From NCBI RefSeq assembly GCF_004010195.1, contig NC_057752.1, positions 3,335,006 through 3,399,005 of the forward strand: DNA of 64,000 nucleotides, in the 5' to 3' direction. Source of the stretch: Chiloscyllium plagiosum. Its lineage: Eukaryota. A program made the position numbers and the translations under genes. Each line of letters opens with the position of its first letter. Position 1 is the first letter of the stretch. A model generated the notes under the pieces. The model was not told where the DNA came from and did not search any database. It saw nothing but the letters and a program-made list of their open reading frames with translations. Of the stretch, positions 48,775 to 60,211 are shown in pieces.

Positions 48775-50200
48775 GGAAGTGCTTCGAGAGGCTGACCATG
48801 GCCCACATCAACTCCAGTCTCCCAGCCTGCCTCGATCCTCAACAATTTGCACACTACCTTCGAGGTCCACAGTGGATGCCATGTCCCTCGCCCTGCACCC
48901 ATCCCTGGTCGGTGTGGACAACAAGGCCACCTACATTAGACTTCTGCTCATCGACTCCAGCGCTGCCTTTAGCACCATGATGCCCTCCAGACTGATCTCG
49001 AAACCCCGTGACCTCGGTCTCAGCTCCACCCTCTTTAACTGGATCTTCAGCTTCCTGATGCACAGACTGTAATCAGTGACAATAACACCTCCTCCACAAT
49101 GACCCTGAACAATGGAGCTCCCTCCCCACCCACCAAAGGATGCGTTCTCAGCTCCCTACTGCACTCCCTGTACACCCGCAGCATTGTCACCAACTTCCAA
49201 CCAAACACCACCTACAAGTTTGTTGTTGATAGGTTGGATATCTAACAATGATGAGTCAGAATACAGGAAGGAGATAGAACTGGTTATTGACTTCAGGAGG
49301 AGAAGTCACCCCCATCTACATCAATGGAGTGGAGGTTGACAGCGTCAAGTTTCTAGAAGTGACGATAACCGACAACCTGTCCTGGACTTCCCATGTAGAT
49401 GCGACGGTCAGGAAGGTACAACAATGCTTCTTCTTCCTCAGGCGGCATGTCCATATGGACCCTCGCCATCCTTTACAGGTGCACTATAGAGAGCATGCTA
49501 TCTGGGTGTATAATAGTCTGGTACAGCAACTGCTCTGCCAATGACTGTAAGAAATGACAGAACATTGTGTGCACAGCCTAGACCATCACAGAAGGCAACG
49601 TTTCGTCCAAGGACTCCATTTACACTTCTCATTGCTATGGAAAGGCTGCCAAAATCATCAACAACCCCAGTAATGTTCCCCCAGAACCTCTTCCATCAGG
49701 CAGAAGATACAGAAGCTTGAACACATGCACCAGCAGGTTCAGGAACTACTACGTCTGTGCCATTATTAGACTGATGAATGGACTCTCTAACTTCAAATAA
49801 TGTTGATCTTGCTTCATGCACCTCCTGTGCAATGTGAGAGTGGTGGGCCTGTGGAATTCATTGCCACGGAGCGCAGTGGAGGCCGGGACGTTAAATGTCT
49901 TCAAGGCAGAGATTGATAAATTCTTAATCTCGCAAGGAATTAAGGGCTACGAGGAGAGTGTGGGTAAGTGGCGTTGAAATGCCCATCAGCCATGATTAAA
50001 TGGCAAAGTGGACTCGATGGGCCGAATGGCCTTTCCTCCGCTCCTATTTCTTATGGTCTTATGGTAACCTCGTGTGCCTCACTCCGTCTAAGCACCCAAT
50101 GATCTGTATGTCCTTGCTTGCCATGATCTGTCTGTACTGCTCACAAAACAAAGCTTTTCACTGCACTTAGGTACACGTGACTCCAATGAATCAAATCAAC
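48775..50200 (+). mobile_element. Rex1/Babar-type LINE, decayed RT region to 3' end
   Basis: LPACLDPQQFA; DNKATYIRLLLIDSSAAFSTM..LFNWIFSFL; SVKFLEVTITDNLSWTSHVDATVRKVQQCFFFLRR. Tail aatcaaatcaa at ~50189. Confidence 0.87.
49833..50064 (+). mobile_element. CR1 3' fragment nested in the Rex1 3'-UTR
   Basis: gagagtggtgggcctgtggaattcattgccac..ttcaaggcagagattgataaattc..tcttatggtcttatgg tail. Confidence 0.85.
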
Positions 50201-50784
50201 TCAAAGAATTAGGAGGCAGCTTTTGATCTGAAACATCGCTTGCTGACCAAATACTGCAGCCTTACTATTTATAAAAACAGTCAGCGCCGGATAAAATTCC
50301 AGCTTTGAGCAGAAAAAGTTGAAAAAAAATACAACTTTTAAAATGATTAAACTACCCCTCGACAGTGCACACGTTTTCCTCCCCCTTTGGTGTGACGTTT
50401 TTGCTGTGAAAAATTTATGAAGTTTTCTCAAGTTCCAATTCACGCACGCTTTCAGATCCTTTTAAATGAACTGCTTGACATTGTTTCCAATTTTTTTGTC
50501 ATGATTTACAAGGTTCTTGTACACCATTTTAAACCTCGGGGGACATTGGCTGCTCAAATCAAAGTAAGAAAATGGGCTACTTTTCACTTCACAAGGAAGA
50601 AATGAAGATATCATTTCAGTGCGTCTGAAGAACTGATCCATAATGTAACTAAAATGTTAGAAATCCATCGTCAGACATTGAACAGGCAATCCTTTTCCTG
50701 CCGAAGGATTTTTGAATGCAATTCAATGAAGTCACAGCTCAACTGAGTCAACTTTAAATATTCACCAGAAACAAAGGGGAAGAA

Positions 50785-51255
50785 AGAGTCATAGAGCTGT
50801 CCAGCACAGAAACAGACCCTTCAGTCCAACTCGTCCATGCTGACCAGATTTCCTCAATTAATCTAGTCCCATTTGCCAGCACTTGGCCCGTATCCCTCTA
50901 AACCCTTCCTATTCATATACCCATCCAGGTGCCTTTTAAATGTTGTCATTGTACCAGCCTCCACCACTTCCTGTGGCAGTTCGTTCCATACCCGCACCAC
51001 CTTCTGTGTGAAAAAGTTGCCCCTTAGGTCCCTTTTATATCTTTCCCCGCTCACCCTAAACCTATGCCCTCTCGTTCTGGACTCCCCGATCCCAGGGTAA
51101 AGACTTTGTCTATTTATCCTATCCATGCCCCTCATGATTTTATAAACCTCTATAAGGTCACCCCTCAGCCTCCGACGCTCCAGGGGAAACAGCCCCAGCC
51201 TGTTCAGACTCTCCCTGTAGCTCAAATCCTCCAACCCTGGCAACATCCTTGTAAA
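50785..51255 (-). mobile_element. HER1/CR1 LINE 3' fragment
   Basis: ORF 50863-51246 is an uninterrupted CR1 ORF2 C-terminus. Confidence 0.93.
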
Positions 51256-51618
51256 TTGTCTGTGTCTCTGTCATCTTCACAACATGATGACTAATAACAT
51301 GCGCATTATCATATTGGTGTGAGATACCTTAATATCACTCCTTTGGAACTGGGTTCATCGCTTTGCTAATGTGTTCATGGAGGAAAGGGAGTCCCTGCGA
51401 CTACCAGAGATCAGAGGGTAGGTCCACGGTCTTGAAAATTTAGGGCAAGATTAAGAAGCACGGACGTTAGAGGAGATCAAATGGAAATAATCAAAAGGGC
51501 GCTGAAAGGGTAACCAATATTATTTCCAATTACTTCCATGAATTGCCAACAAACCAAACTGCATTCACACAGCACCATCGTCACATCCTCAGGAGATGCG
51601 CTAAACAATGAAGTACGT

Positions 51619-51752
51619 GGAGAAAGTGAGGACTGCAGATGCTGGAGATCAGAGTCAAGCTTAGAGTGGTGCTGGAAAAACACAGCCAGTCGGGCAGCAT
51701 CCGAAGGACAGGAAATTCGACGTTTCAGGCAAAAGCCCTTCATCAAGGATGA
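51619..51752 (-). mobile_element. Short Penelope-derived repeat with a hammerhead-like core
   Basis: Minus strand reads ttgatgaagggcttttgcctgaaacgtcgaatttcctg..ctccagcatctgcagtcctcactttctcc. Confidence 0.75.
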
Positions 51753-52179
51753 AGCATGTGGTTTCATTGATAACCGGACAAACCAAATTCGACAAACATG
51801 AACAAAAGCATTGCCCAGCAATTTGGTGGCGTTGGTTGGAATACAGGGCAGGGTGGCCAAATGGCCTCCTCTGCTCTTCTTCGAATAATGCTGAGAGCTT
51901 TCTGTCCGTCTGATGGGCTTTTGGTTTATAAATCTCATCCAGTTGTGTGCCCACACGTCAAGGTCCGCACAGAACCAGAGGTCATGCCTTTGGGTAATAT
52001 CCCCAGTATCCAGTCAAGGAAGATGAGAAAAGTGAGGATAGATGCAAGAGATGGGGAGAGAAGCCTTGCTGGGAGATGCTCTCAATGGGATCAGAAACCT
52101 GAGAGTGGAAGCAAGTAAAGCTAGTTGTACTGAGCTGGACAATGGAGTAGTCACAGGGCCTGGGTCAAGGAGAGGCGAT

Positions 52180-53465
52180 GGTCTAGCGGCATTATCAACG
52201 GCCTATTAATCCAAAGACCCAGGTAGTGTTCTGGGGACCTGTGCTCGAATCCAACCACAGCAGACTTTCAGTTCAATAAAAATCTGGAATTACGAGTCTA
52301 ATGATGACCATAAATCATTGGTGGAAAAACCCATCTGGGTCACTAATGCCCTTCAGGGAAGGAAACTGCCATCCTTACCCCACCAAGAACATCTTCCCCT
52401 CCCCATCCCTCTCTGCTTTCCACAAGGACTGTTCCCTCCGACAGTCCTTGGTTTACACCACCAAACCTCCAGGTACCTTCCCCTCAACCGGAAACAATGC
52501 AAAACCTGCTGGTACACCACCCCCCTCAACTCCATACGGGCCCCAAACAGTCCTTGCAGGTGAGACAGAGGTTCACCTGCCTCTCTTCCAACCTAGTTTA
52601 CTGCATCAGGTGCTCCCCAATGTAGAGAAGACCACATCGGGGAGACCAAACGTAAACTTAGGGAACGGTTCACTGAGCATCTAAACCAGGCCCACAGGGG
52701 CCGACCGGACCTTCCAGTCACCACCCATTTTAATTCTCCTCCCCACTCCCTTTCCGACATGACCATCCTTGGCCTCCTCCATTGCCACAACAAACCAAAC
52801 CACAAATTGGAGGAACAACACCTCATCTTCCGCCTGGGCAGCCTACAGCCTGGAGGACTCAACATTGAGTTCCTCAATTTCAAATAACCTCCCTCCCCAT
52901 CCCCCGACTCCGTTCCCAGCTCCTCCCCCTCCGTTCTACTCCTCCCTGCCACAAACCAGACTCATTCCTCCCATTGATCAACCAGGTCGTACCCTCTAAC
53001 TGTCTTCACCTATCCCCACTTCACCACCCTGCCCCCGCCACCCCCTTTATCTGCAGCTGCCCCTACACCCACCCTGAGTCCTGAAAAAGGGTTACACCTG
53101 AAACGTCAACTTCTCTACCTGCTGATGAGGGGCTTTTGCCTGAAACATCGACTCTCCTGCTCCTCGGATGCTGCCTGACCTACTGCGCTTTTCCAGTACC
53201 ACACTCTCGCCTCTAATTCCAGCATTTGTGGTCCTCACTTTCGCCTACCTCCTGATGTTGCCTGGCTTGCTGTGTTCTTCCACCCTCCTGCCTGTCTACT
53301 TTGGTTCCAGCATCTGCAGTTTCTTTGCCTCTAATCCTTACCTGGTCTGACCGACATGTGACTTCAGACCCACAGCAATGTGGTAGATTCTTAACTGCCC
53401 TCTGGGCAATTAGGAATGGGTAATAAACGCTGGCCTAGCCAATGACACCCTCATCCCATCAATGA
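52180..53465 (+). mobile_element. Second tRNA-derived SINE family, split by a Penelope insertion
   Basis: The 5' half ends ggaaactgccatccttacc (52379) and the 3' half resumes atccttacctggtctg (53334). Matches the uninterrupted copy at 63440-63725. Confidence 0.75.
52380..53333 (+). mobile_element. Penelope-like element (GIY-YIG region and 3' repeat) with a 9-bp TSD and a nested short repeat at about 53122-53248
   Basis: QRFTCLSSNLVYCIRC..GETKRKLRERFTEHL..EEQHLIFRLGSLQPGGLN. atccttacc is duplicated at 52371-52379 and 53334-53342. Confidence 0.9.
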
Positions 53466-53949
53466 ATTTTTTAAAAATTCAAATCCTGAAAAGGGGTTCA
53501 AGAGGAGAAAGAGAGATACTGAGAACGTCATTCATTATTTTGCTTCGAGCTGTAGCATGGTGGGAAACCTGACTGGGAAAAAGCTGAGCAAGGAGACAGG
53601 CGACAACTTAGGCCAAGGGCTTTGGACTTGAAATGGAGATTTGAGCTTTGAGGTCATTGGCAAGCTTAGAGGGGGTCAGATTCAACTTTTTCAGAGGGGC
53701 GTTTTTGAGAGAGCGAGACTGACCTGGCGATGGAGGTTAAATGGTGAGCAGGGTGGCAGGAATGAGGTGCAGACAGCAGGAATTCACGGGCAGGATGGGC
53801 TCAGATTATGGGGAGGCGGGAGAAACATTGGAGTCCAACTGGATGAAGGGCCCAAATGGTGCAAGATTTGAGGAGCGCTTGTGGTGAAACGGATCGAGTT
53901 CTTGCCTCTGAGTCAGGAGCTGCCTGTTCAAGGCCTCAGCTTTCTTCAC

Positions 53950-54270
53950 AGAATCATCGAATCCCTACAGTGTGGAAACAGGCCCTTCAGCCCAACAAGT
54001 CCACACCGACCCTCCGAAGAGTATCCCACCCAGATCCATTCCCCTACCCTATTACTCTACACTTTACCCCTGACTAATGCACCTAACCTACACATCCCTG
54101 GACACTATGGGACAATTTAGCATGGCCAATCAACCCTAACCTGCACATCTTTGGACTGTGGGAGGAAACTGGAGCAAACCCACACAGACACGGGGAGAAC
54201 GTGCAAACTCCACACAGACAGTTGCCCGAGGCTGGGATCGAACCCGGGTCCCCGGCGTTGTGAGGCACTG
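53950..54270 (-). mobile_element. HE1-type SINE
   Basis: aatccctacagtgtggaaacaggccc..gggatcgaacc (B box on the minus strand). Confidence 0.9.
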
Positions 54271-54374
54271 AGCAGATGGATCCAGAAGGAAGTGGCGTTG
54301 GAAAGGTGTGAGGGGGATGTGAGAGGTGAAGGATTGAAAACACTGGACAGAGATTGCCCTGTCAATGATCAAGA

Positions 54375-55260
54375 TCATGGGAGCAATGGGAGAAACAGAC
54401 CCTTTGGTCCAACCAGTCCATAATCCCAAACTAACCTAGTCCCACCTGCCTGCTCCCGGCCCATATCCCTCCAAACCTTTCCTCTTCATGTCCTTATCCA
54501 AATATCTTTTAAACATTATAACTGTACCCACATCCACCACTTCCTCAGGAAGTTCATTCCGCATGCGAATCCCCCTCTGTGTAAAATCATTTGTCCCTCA
54601 TGTCTTTTTTAAAATCTCTCTCCTCTCACCTTAACAATGTGTCCCCTAGTCTTGAAATCCCCAATCATAGAGAAAAGACAGCTACCATGAACCCTATCTA
54701 TACCCCTCATGATTTTATAAACCTCTATAAGGTCGTCCCTCAACCTCCTAGCTCCAGTGAAAGAAAGTCCCAGACTCCTACAATCCAAAGATGTGTAGGT
54801 CAGGTGAATTAGCTGTGCTAAATTGCCCATAGTGTTAGGTGCATTAGTCAGGGGTAAATATAGGGTAGGGGCCTGGGTGGGTTACTCTTCGGAGGGTCGG
54901 TATGGACTTGTTGGGCTGAAGGGCCTGTTTCCATACTGTAGGGAATCTGTCTAATCTATCTATCCAGTCTTTCTTTATAACTCAAACCTTCCAGACCCGT
55001 CAACATCCTGGTAAAACTCTTCTGAACCCTCTCCAGCTGAATAATATCCTTTCTATAAGGAAGGTCGATTGGAGGGTCAGTGTGGACTTATTGGGACAAA
55101 GGGCCTGTTTCCACACTGTAGGGATTCGATGATTCTATAACAGGGCGACCAGAACTGCACACAGTATTCCAGAAGAGGCCTCACCAATGTCCTGTACAAC
55201 CTCAACATGGCGTCCCAATTCAAAGCAGAGAAAGGAAGGCAAGCGTGCCAAACGTCTTTT
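54375..55260 (-). mobile_element. CR1 LINE fragment with two nested plus-strand HE1 3' pieces (about 54775-54958 and 55062-55138)
   Basis: RRLRDDLIEVYKIMRGIDRV..KTRGH. SINE tails gggcctgtttccatactgtagggaatc and gggcctgtttccacactgtagggattc interrupt it. Confidence 0.88.
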
Positions 55261-56084
55261 TAACTGAGGCAGACAATTTGGTTTCTACAGCAGGAAACGT
55301 GAGGCGAAAGCATTCCGAGTGACGCTCTTGTTCGAATGCTGAACAGGTTAGCCTGGAAACCTTTTCTACAGTGAGCTAACCCGAGGTGACAAAATGAACA
55401 AGGGCTTGGAATATGAATGCATTAAGCACAGTATGATCCCACTCAAATTCGCTGTTTCACAGGTGAGCCTCCATAAGACAAAAATATATCTTGACAAGGT
55501 ACAAACATGAAGAAGAGATAATGAGAGTTCACAAGCGTGCTAAAGTGAGAGAACCAGCAGTCCCTCCAATTACATTAATGACTTGTATTTTGAAATATTT
55601 ATGACTCCTGCGTTAACACTGCAATTGAGTGCTAAGTAATCAGGTTCAGGGCAAGATCGCTTTGAACTTTCACATTCAAGCTTCAGTATTTGAGGATAAT
55701 TATTTCACGAGACCACTTACTGTTAAGAGCCTTAGCTCTCGGAATTAAATAGCATTTGTATAACCTTAAAATTGCAAGTTACCTTTGGAAATATTCAAGG
55801 CGAGACTAAAAAAAAAAGGGAACATTCATTGAATAGTTTATATTCCGGCTCAAACCTCATTATATTTGCTTCACGATGGAAGTGCTGGATTGTGGCAGAG
55901 AGCTTTTGTGGGTACCAAATATATTTCTAAAATATATCGCAGGGCGCGGACATTTTATTTGTGGACAAGAATTCCTTCCTCTGGTCACAATGCTTGGGCA
56001 TGATTTTGCATCAACTTTTACCACAATTAGTTGGTAAGTCAATGGCTCCCTTTCCCTTTTGTTACAATGTGAAGATGCCGGTTT

Positions 56085-56372
56085 TGGACTGGGGCGGACA
56101 AAGTCAGGAGTCACACGACACCAGGTTGTAGCTCTGACGAAGGAGCAGCGCTTCGAGAGCCTGCGATTTCAAATAAGCCAGTTGGACTCGAGCCTGGTGT
56201 CGTGTGACTTCTGGGCGAAGGTGAGGCCTGCAGATTCTGGAGATCAGAGTTGAGATTAGAGTGATGCTGGAAAAGCACAGCAGGTCAGGCAGCATCTGAG
56301 GAGCAGGAAAATTGACATTTCGGGCCCGTAACATTGATTTTCCTGCTCCTCGTCATGTGACTTCTGACCTTG
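56085..56372. mobile_element. Two nested Penelope-derived short repeats
   Basis: ctgacgaaggagcagcgcttcgagagc core at ~56133. The second repeat (56214-56351) is flanked by gtcgtgtgacttctg (56199-56213) and gtcatgtgacttctg (56352-56366). Confidence 0.7.
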
Positions 56373-56398
56373 CCTCTTTTGTTACGTCAACAGTCACA

Positions 56399-56434
56399 CT
56401 GTAGTTGCGGACTTTGGCCACTGGATGTCACCAT
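56399..56434 (+). promoter_or_regulatory. CTCF-like site with an upstream module
   Basis: ctgtagt, then 9 nt, then tggccactggatgtcaccat. Fits the TGGCCACYAGRKGGCACTRT core at 17 of 20 positions, with a CTGCAGT-like upstream module. Confidence 0.4.
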
Positions 56435-57429
56435 AGAGTGAGTGTCTAAAACCTCTCCCCGAAATCCACGTTAAAATAAACACATATTCAACAACTCACT
56501 ATGGGCAACCAAAAAACCTGCGAATGCTGTAAATCAGAAACAGAAACAGAAATCCCTGGAAAAGCTCAGCAGGTCTGGTGGAGAGAGATCAGAGTTAACG
56601 TTTCGGATCTGGTGACAATTCCTCAAAGCACCATGGGAAATGCGTTACTTGGAGGATTTGGGAAAAACCAAATTGAGCTGGGAATTTCTATTTGTTGGCA
56701 CAAGCAGAGCAGGAGGGTCCTTGTGGTGGGGCGATAGAGTCCCTACCTTTAAGACAAAAGGTCTGTGTTCAAGTCCCACCTGCTCCAGACATAGCTCACC
56801 TGAACAGGTCAGTCAGAAGACAACGACAATTGGAGCCCATAATTTTGTTGGACATAATTCAGAAGCGTTTGCGAAAACCTGAGAAAAATAATTATCCAGC
56901 AATCTTTAGTCAGCCATGCAATGTTTATGTGCCTGATGCAGTGTAAAAGCTCAATTATGGTGAGCTTGGAACAAATATATAAACCGATCAGTCCCACTGA
57001 TGTGTCACATCAGTTCAAAGAAATTACAGTGATATGACCAAGTAGTGGATCGATGGCAACAAAAACAAAACTGTTGCTAACCGGAACAACGCCATGATTC
57101 CCGCTGCAGCAAAGCACTGACACCTAAATCATTTGTCAACGTCCACATTTCAAGTCTTTCAACGATGAATTTCAAAACAACGACTTGACAATTACAAAAC
57201 TATCGGCCCGGGGTGGAAAATGCTACAGATAACATCTATTTATTGATGATTTGTGTCCGCTGTCAGTTTTGGCTGACTGCGTAGTCCTCGCGTCTCGGAC
57301 TAATAAGCTTGTGGAGCTTAACTCTCACTCTTGTGCAAGAGCCTGGCTGGCACTCTGGTGTGGCCAAGAGGATAGGCTGCACTGGTGGAGACTTTGGATG
57401 AGGCATTACACCAAGCAAGAGGCCATATC

Positions 57430-57855
57430 GTAGAATGGCAAGAGGCTATTCAGCCCATCGGGTCCACGCTGGCCCTCCAAACAGCATCCCAACAGACCCA
57501 CACCGTCCCTGTAATCCTGCATTGCCCATGGCTAATCCACCGAGCCTGCACCGCCCTGTAATCCTGCATTGCCCATGGCTAATCCACCGAGCCTGCACCT
57601 CCCTGTAATCCTGCATTGCCCATGGCTAATCCACCGAGCCTACACCTCCCTGTAATCCTGCATTGCCCATGGCTAATCCATTGAGCCTGCACATCCCTGG
57701 ACACAATAGGCAATTTAGCATGGCCAATCGACCCTGACCTGCACACCTTTGGACTGTGGGAGGAAACCTACACAGATGTGGGGAGAACATGTGAACTTCA
57801 CACAGACAGTCACCCAAGACTGGAATCGAACCCAGGTCCCTGGCACCGTGAGGCA
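57430..57855 (-). mobile_element. HE1-type SINE with four 47-bp internal tandem units
   Basis: ccctgtaatcctgcattgcccatggctaatcca at 57507, 57554, 57601 and 57648. B box ggaatcgaacc. Confidence 0.9.
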
Positions 57856-58888
57856 TGCCACAGTTAAAGCTTGGATGCCATTTTATTGAAGAGGGGCAGT
57901 GACATCTTCGCACAGTCGTGGTTAACTTCAATCCTGAATGAACATCACTCCAGCAGGCTCTCTGCTCATGGTAACATTGCTATTTGTTGCAATGAAAGGT
58001 AACATGACAACCAGTAGCGACACCTCAAAAATACTCCATTGGCTGTAAAATGCTTTAAGACTTCAGGAGGTTGTGAAAGACAGTACAAAGATGCAAGAAT
58101 TTGTTTTGTTTTAATTTGCAACACTGTAGAGAGGGACTGAAATCCCAGCTCTCCCTATCAAACAAACATCAAACCTTAATCCTTTCAGATAAAATGGAAC
58201 AATGATAAACCATGCTCATTACTTTGTACTTATCTATCTAAAATAGACTGCGGTTAGTGACCAAGTTCTTGGCAATATATGAAAATGTACTGGATAAGCA
58301 TAAGTGCTTGCATCTGTTTAAAAAAGGCTTTGTGACTTTGTCATGAGTACAGTCAAACCTGCATTGTCCTTGTGATGATAAGCTTTGCAGTACTTAATTC
58401 TCCCAGGCCATCCACATAACCACACAACAGACTACAATTATAACTTTGTAGTTTGAGATGCTAAAAGCCAATTGTCACAGCTGTAATCATGGCAAATGTT
58501 ACTGTTTTTCAGGTAACGCTGGTTCACAATGTTTTGTTTTGCTTCCCCCCCCAGAACGGTTTCGAAAAAAAAAGCAAGACTTGCATTATATACCTCGTTC
58601 TTCAACCACCAGATGTCTCAACACACTTTATGGTGTGCACAGCAGACTCCCACAAACAGCGATGCAATCGCGACCAATAAATTTGTTTCGGTGATGGTAA
58701 TTAAGCCATTCCGGCCAAATGTCCTCCTTCAGCGCTGCAAATTCCATTTTATGTTTGATGAAGTTTTCCCTCATTGCATATCCGGTGATTGTAACAAGGT
58801 GGGCCTTGTAGAAGATGGGTTCCCTGATTGGCGGCTGTTCACCTGGTCCAATCAGGGAGCCCCAGCTGACAGATAGAAACAGGAGGGT

Positions 58889-59375
58889 CTCCTGATCTTC
58901 GGGCACCCGGTACGGAGGAAGGAGGGCAGGTCTGAAGATCTCCTCGTGGGTCTGCTCCTGGGCCTGGCCAAGCTGGCCATCAACAGGTCCAGGCAGCGGG
59001 CCGTGGAGGGGGTCGTTAGGGCCGACTGCCTGCCCCTCTTCCGCGGTTACGTTAGAGCCCGGGTGTCCTTGGAGAAGGAGCACGCGGCGTCGACCAACAC
59101 CCTGGAGTTGTTCAGGGAGAGGTAGGCCCCCCAGGGAGTGGAGTGCATTATTTCCCCCTCCAACTCTATTTTGATTTAGTCCCCACCCACCCCTTCACTG
59201 TTTTGATCACACAGCACTGCCCTTTGATGTGAAGGGCAGTGCTTGTCACTGGCCACCTGGGTGTTTTTCCAATCTTCCTGGTGGTGGAAATTGAATAAAG
59301 ATTCGTGCACCTTGTGTCTCTCACTGTGTCTCACACCTGCACACACAGACCATGGGTGCTGGGGAAAAAAAAAAT
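58889..59375 (+). mobile_element. Tx1-like (L1-clade) non-LTR retrotransposon, 5'-truncated: ORF2 C-terminus, 3'-UTR and poly(A)
   Basis: Reads LLIFGHPVRRKEGRSEDLLVGLLLGLAKLAINRSRQRAVEGVVRADCLPLFRGYVRARVSLEKEHAASTNTLELFRER*APQGVECIISPSNSILI* (58889-59179). The LLLGLAKLAI..R..R..E pattern is typical of Tx1 ORF2 ends. Flanked by aaacaggag at 58877 and 59376. Confidence 0.82.
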
Positions 59376-59423
59376 AAACAGGAGCATCTGGCCATAAAAA
59401 AAAAGTAAAACCTGGAGAGCGCT

Positions 59424-59673
59424 GCAGGGAGTGGAGTGCATTATTTCTCCCTCCAATTCTATTTTGATTTAGTCCCTACCCTCCCCTTCACTGTTTTGAT
59501 CACATAGCACTGCCCTTTGATGTGAAGGGCAGTGTTGTCACTGGCCACCCGGGTGTTTTCCTATCTTCCTGGTGGTGGAAACTGAATAAAGATTCGTGCA
59601 CTTTGTGTCTTTCACTGTGTCTCACACCTGCACACACACACCATGGGTGCTGGGAAAAAAAAAGGAAAAAAAA
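59424..59673 (+). mobile_element. Second, more truncated Tx1-like copy in tandem
   Basis: Repeats 59132-59375 (cagggagtggagtgcattattt..catgggtgctggg plus poly-A) with independent substitutions. Confidence 0.85.
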
Positions 59674-60089
59674 ACTGGAAATTTTGGAGGGAGTCGTTAG
59701 GGCCGACTGCCTGCCCCTCTTCCGCGAAGAAAAAAAAAGAGAAAAAAAAAGAAACAGGAGGGTAAAATGAAAAGACTGTCAGAGGTTCTGTTTAAAAAAA
59801 AAACAGGAGGGTCAGAGGTTCTGCTCACTCTGAGGGAGCTGGCTCTGAGGGAGCTGGATCAGTATCAAGGAGGTGTAAATAAAGTGGGACTTGGTGATGG
59901 GATACCAACCCATGGGGAGTTATTTCAGGGAGAGCTTTTGGTTTTGAGTCTGATCAGCTAAGTATTTGATTTTAAATGTATAGCGCTTTAAATCTTCATT
60001 TGTTAATTTCTATTTGTACATAAATCTATAATAGCCTAAGGTGAGCATCATGTTTATACAAAGATCTGTCTCTTGAGAAAAAAATATAT

Positions 60090-60211
60090 AAACAGGAGGG
60101 TCAGAGGTTCTGTTGCTGGCACTGAGGGAACTGGATTAGAGTCAAGGACTTTCTATGTGTAGATAACGGGGGACTTGGTGACAGGACATCAGCCTCTGTG
60201 GAGTTATTTCA
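60090..60211 (+). mobile_element. 3' half of the same solo-LTR-like repeat
   Basis: aaacaggagggtcagaggttctg..ggacttggtgac..ggagttatttca, preceded by an A-rich tail. Confidence 0.7.

Larger units (their letters stand above)
58790..59927 (+). mobile_element. Solo-LTR-like repeat (tgtaac..gttatttca) split by stacked Tx1-like insertions
   Basis: 5' half 58790-58888 has a ccaat box. 3' half 59813-59927 has aataaa and a CA end. Same family as 27422 and 60090-60211. Confidence 0.72.
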
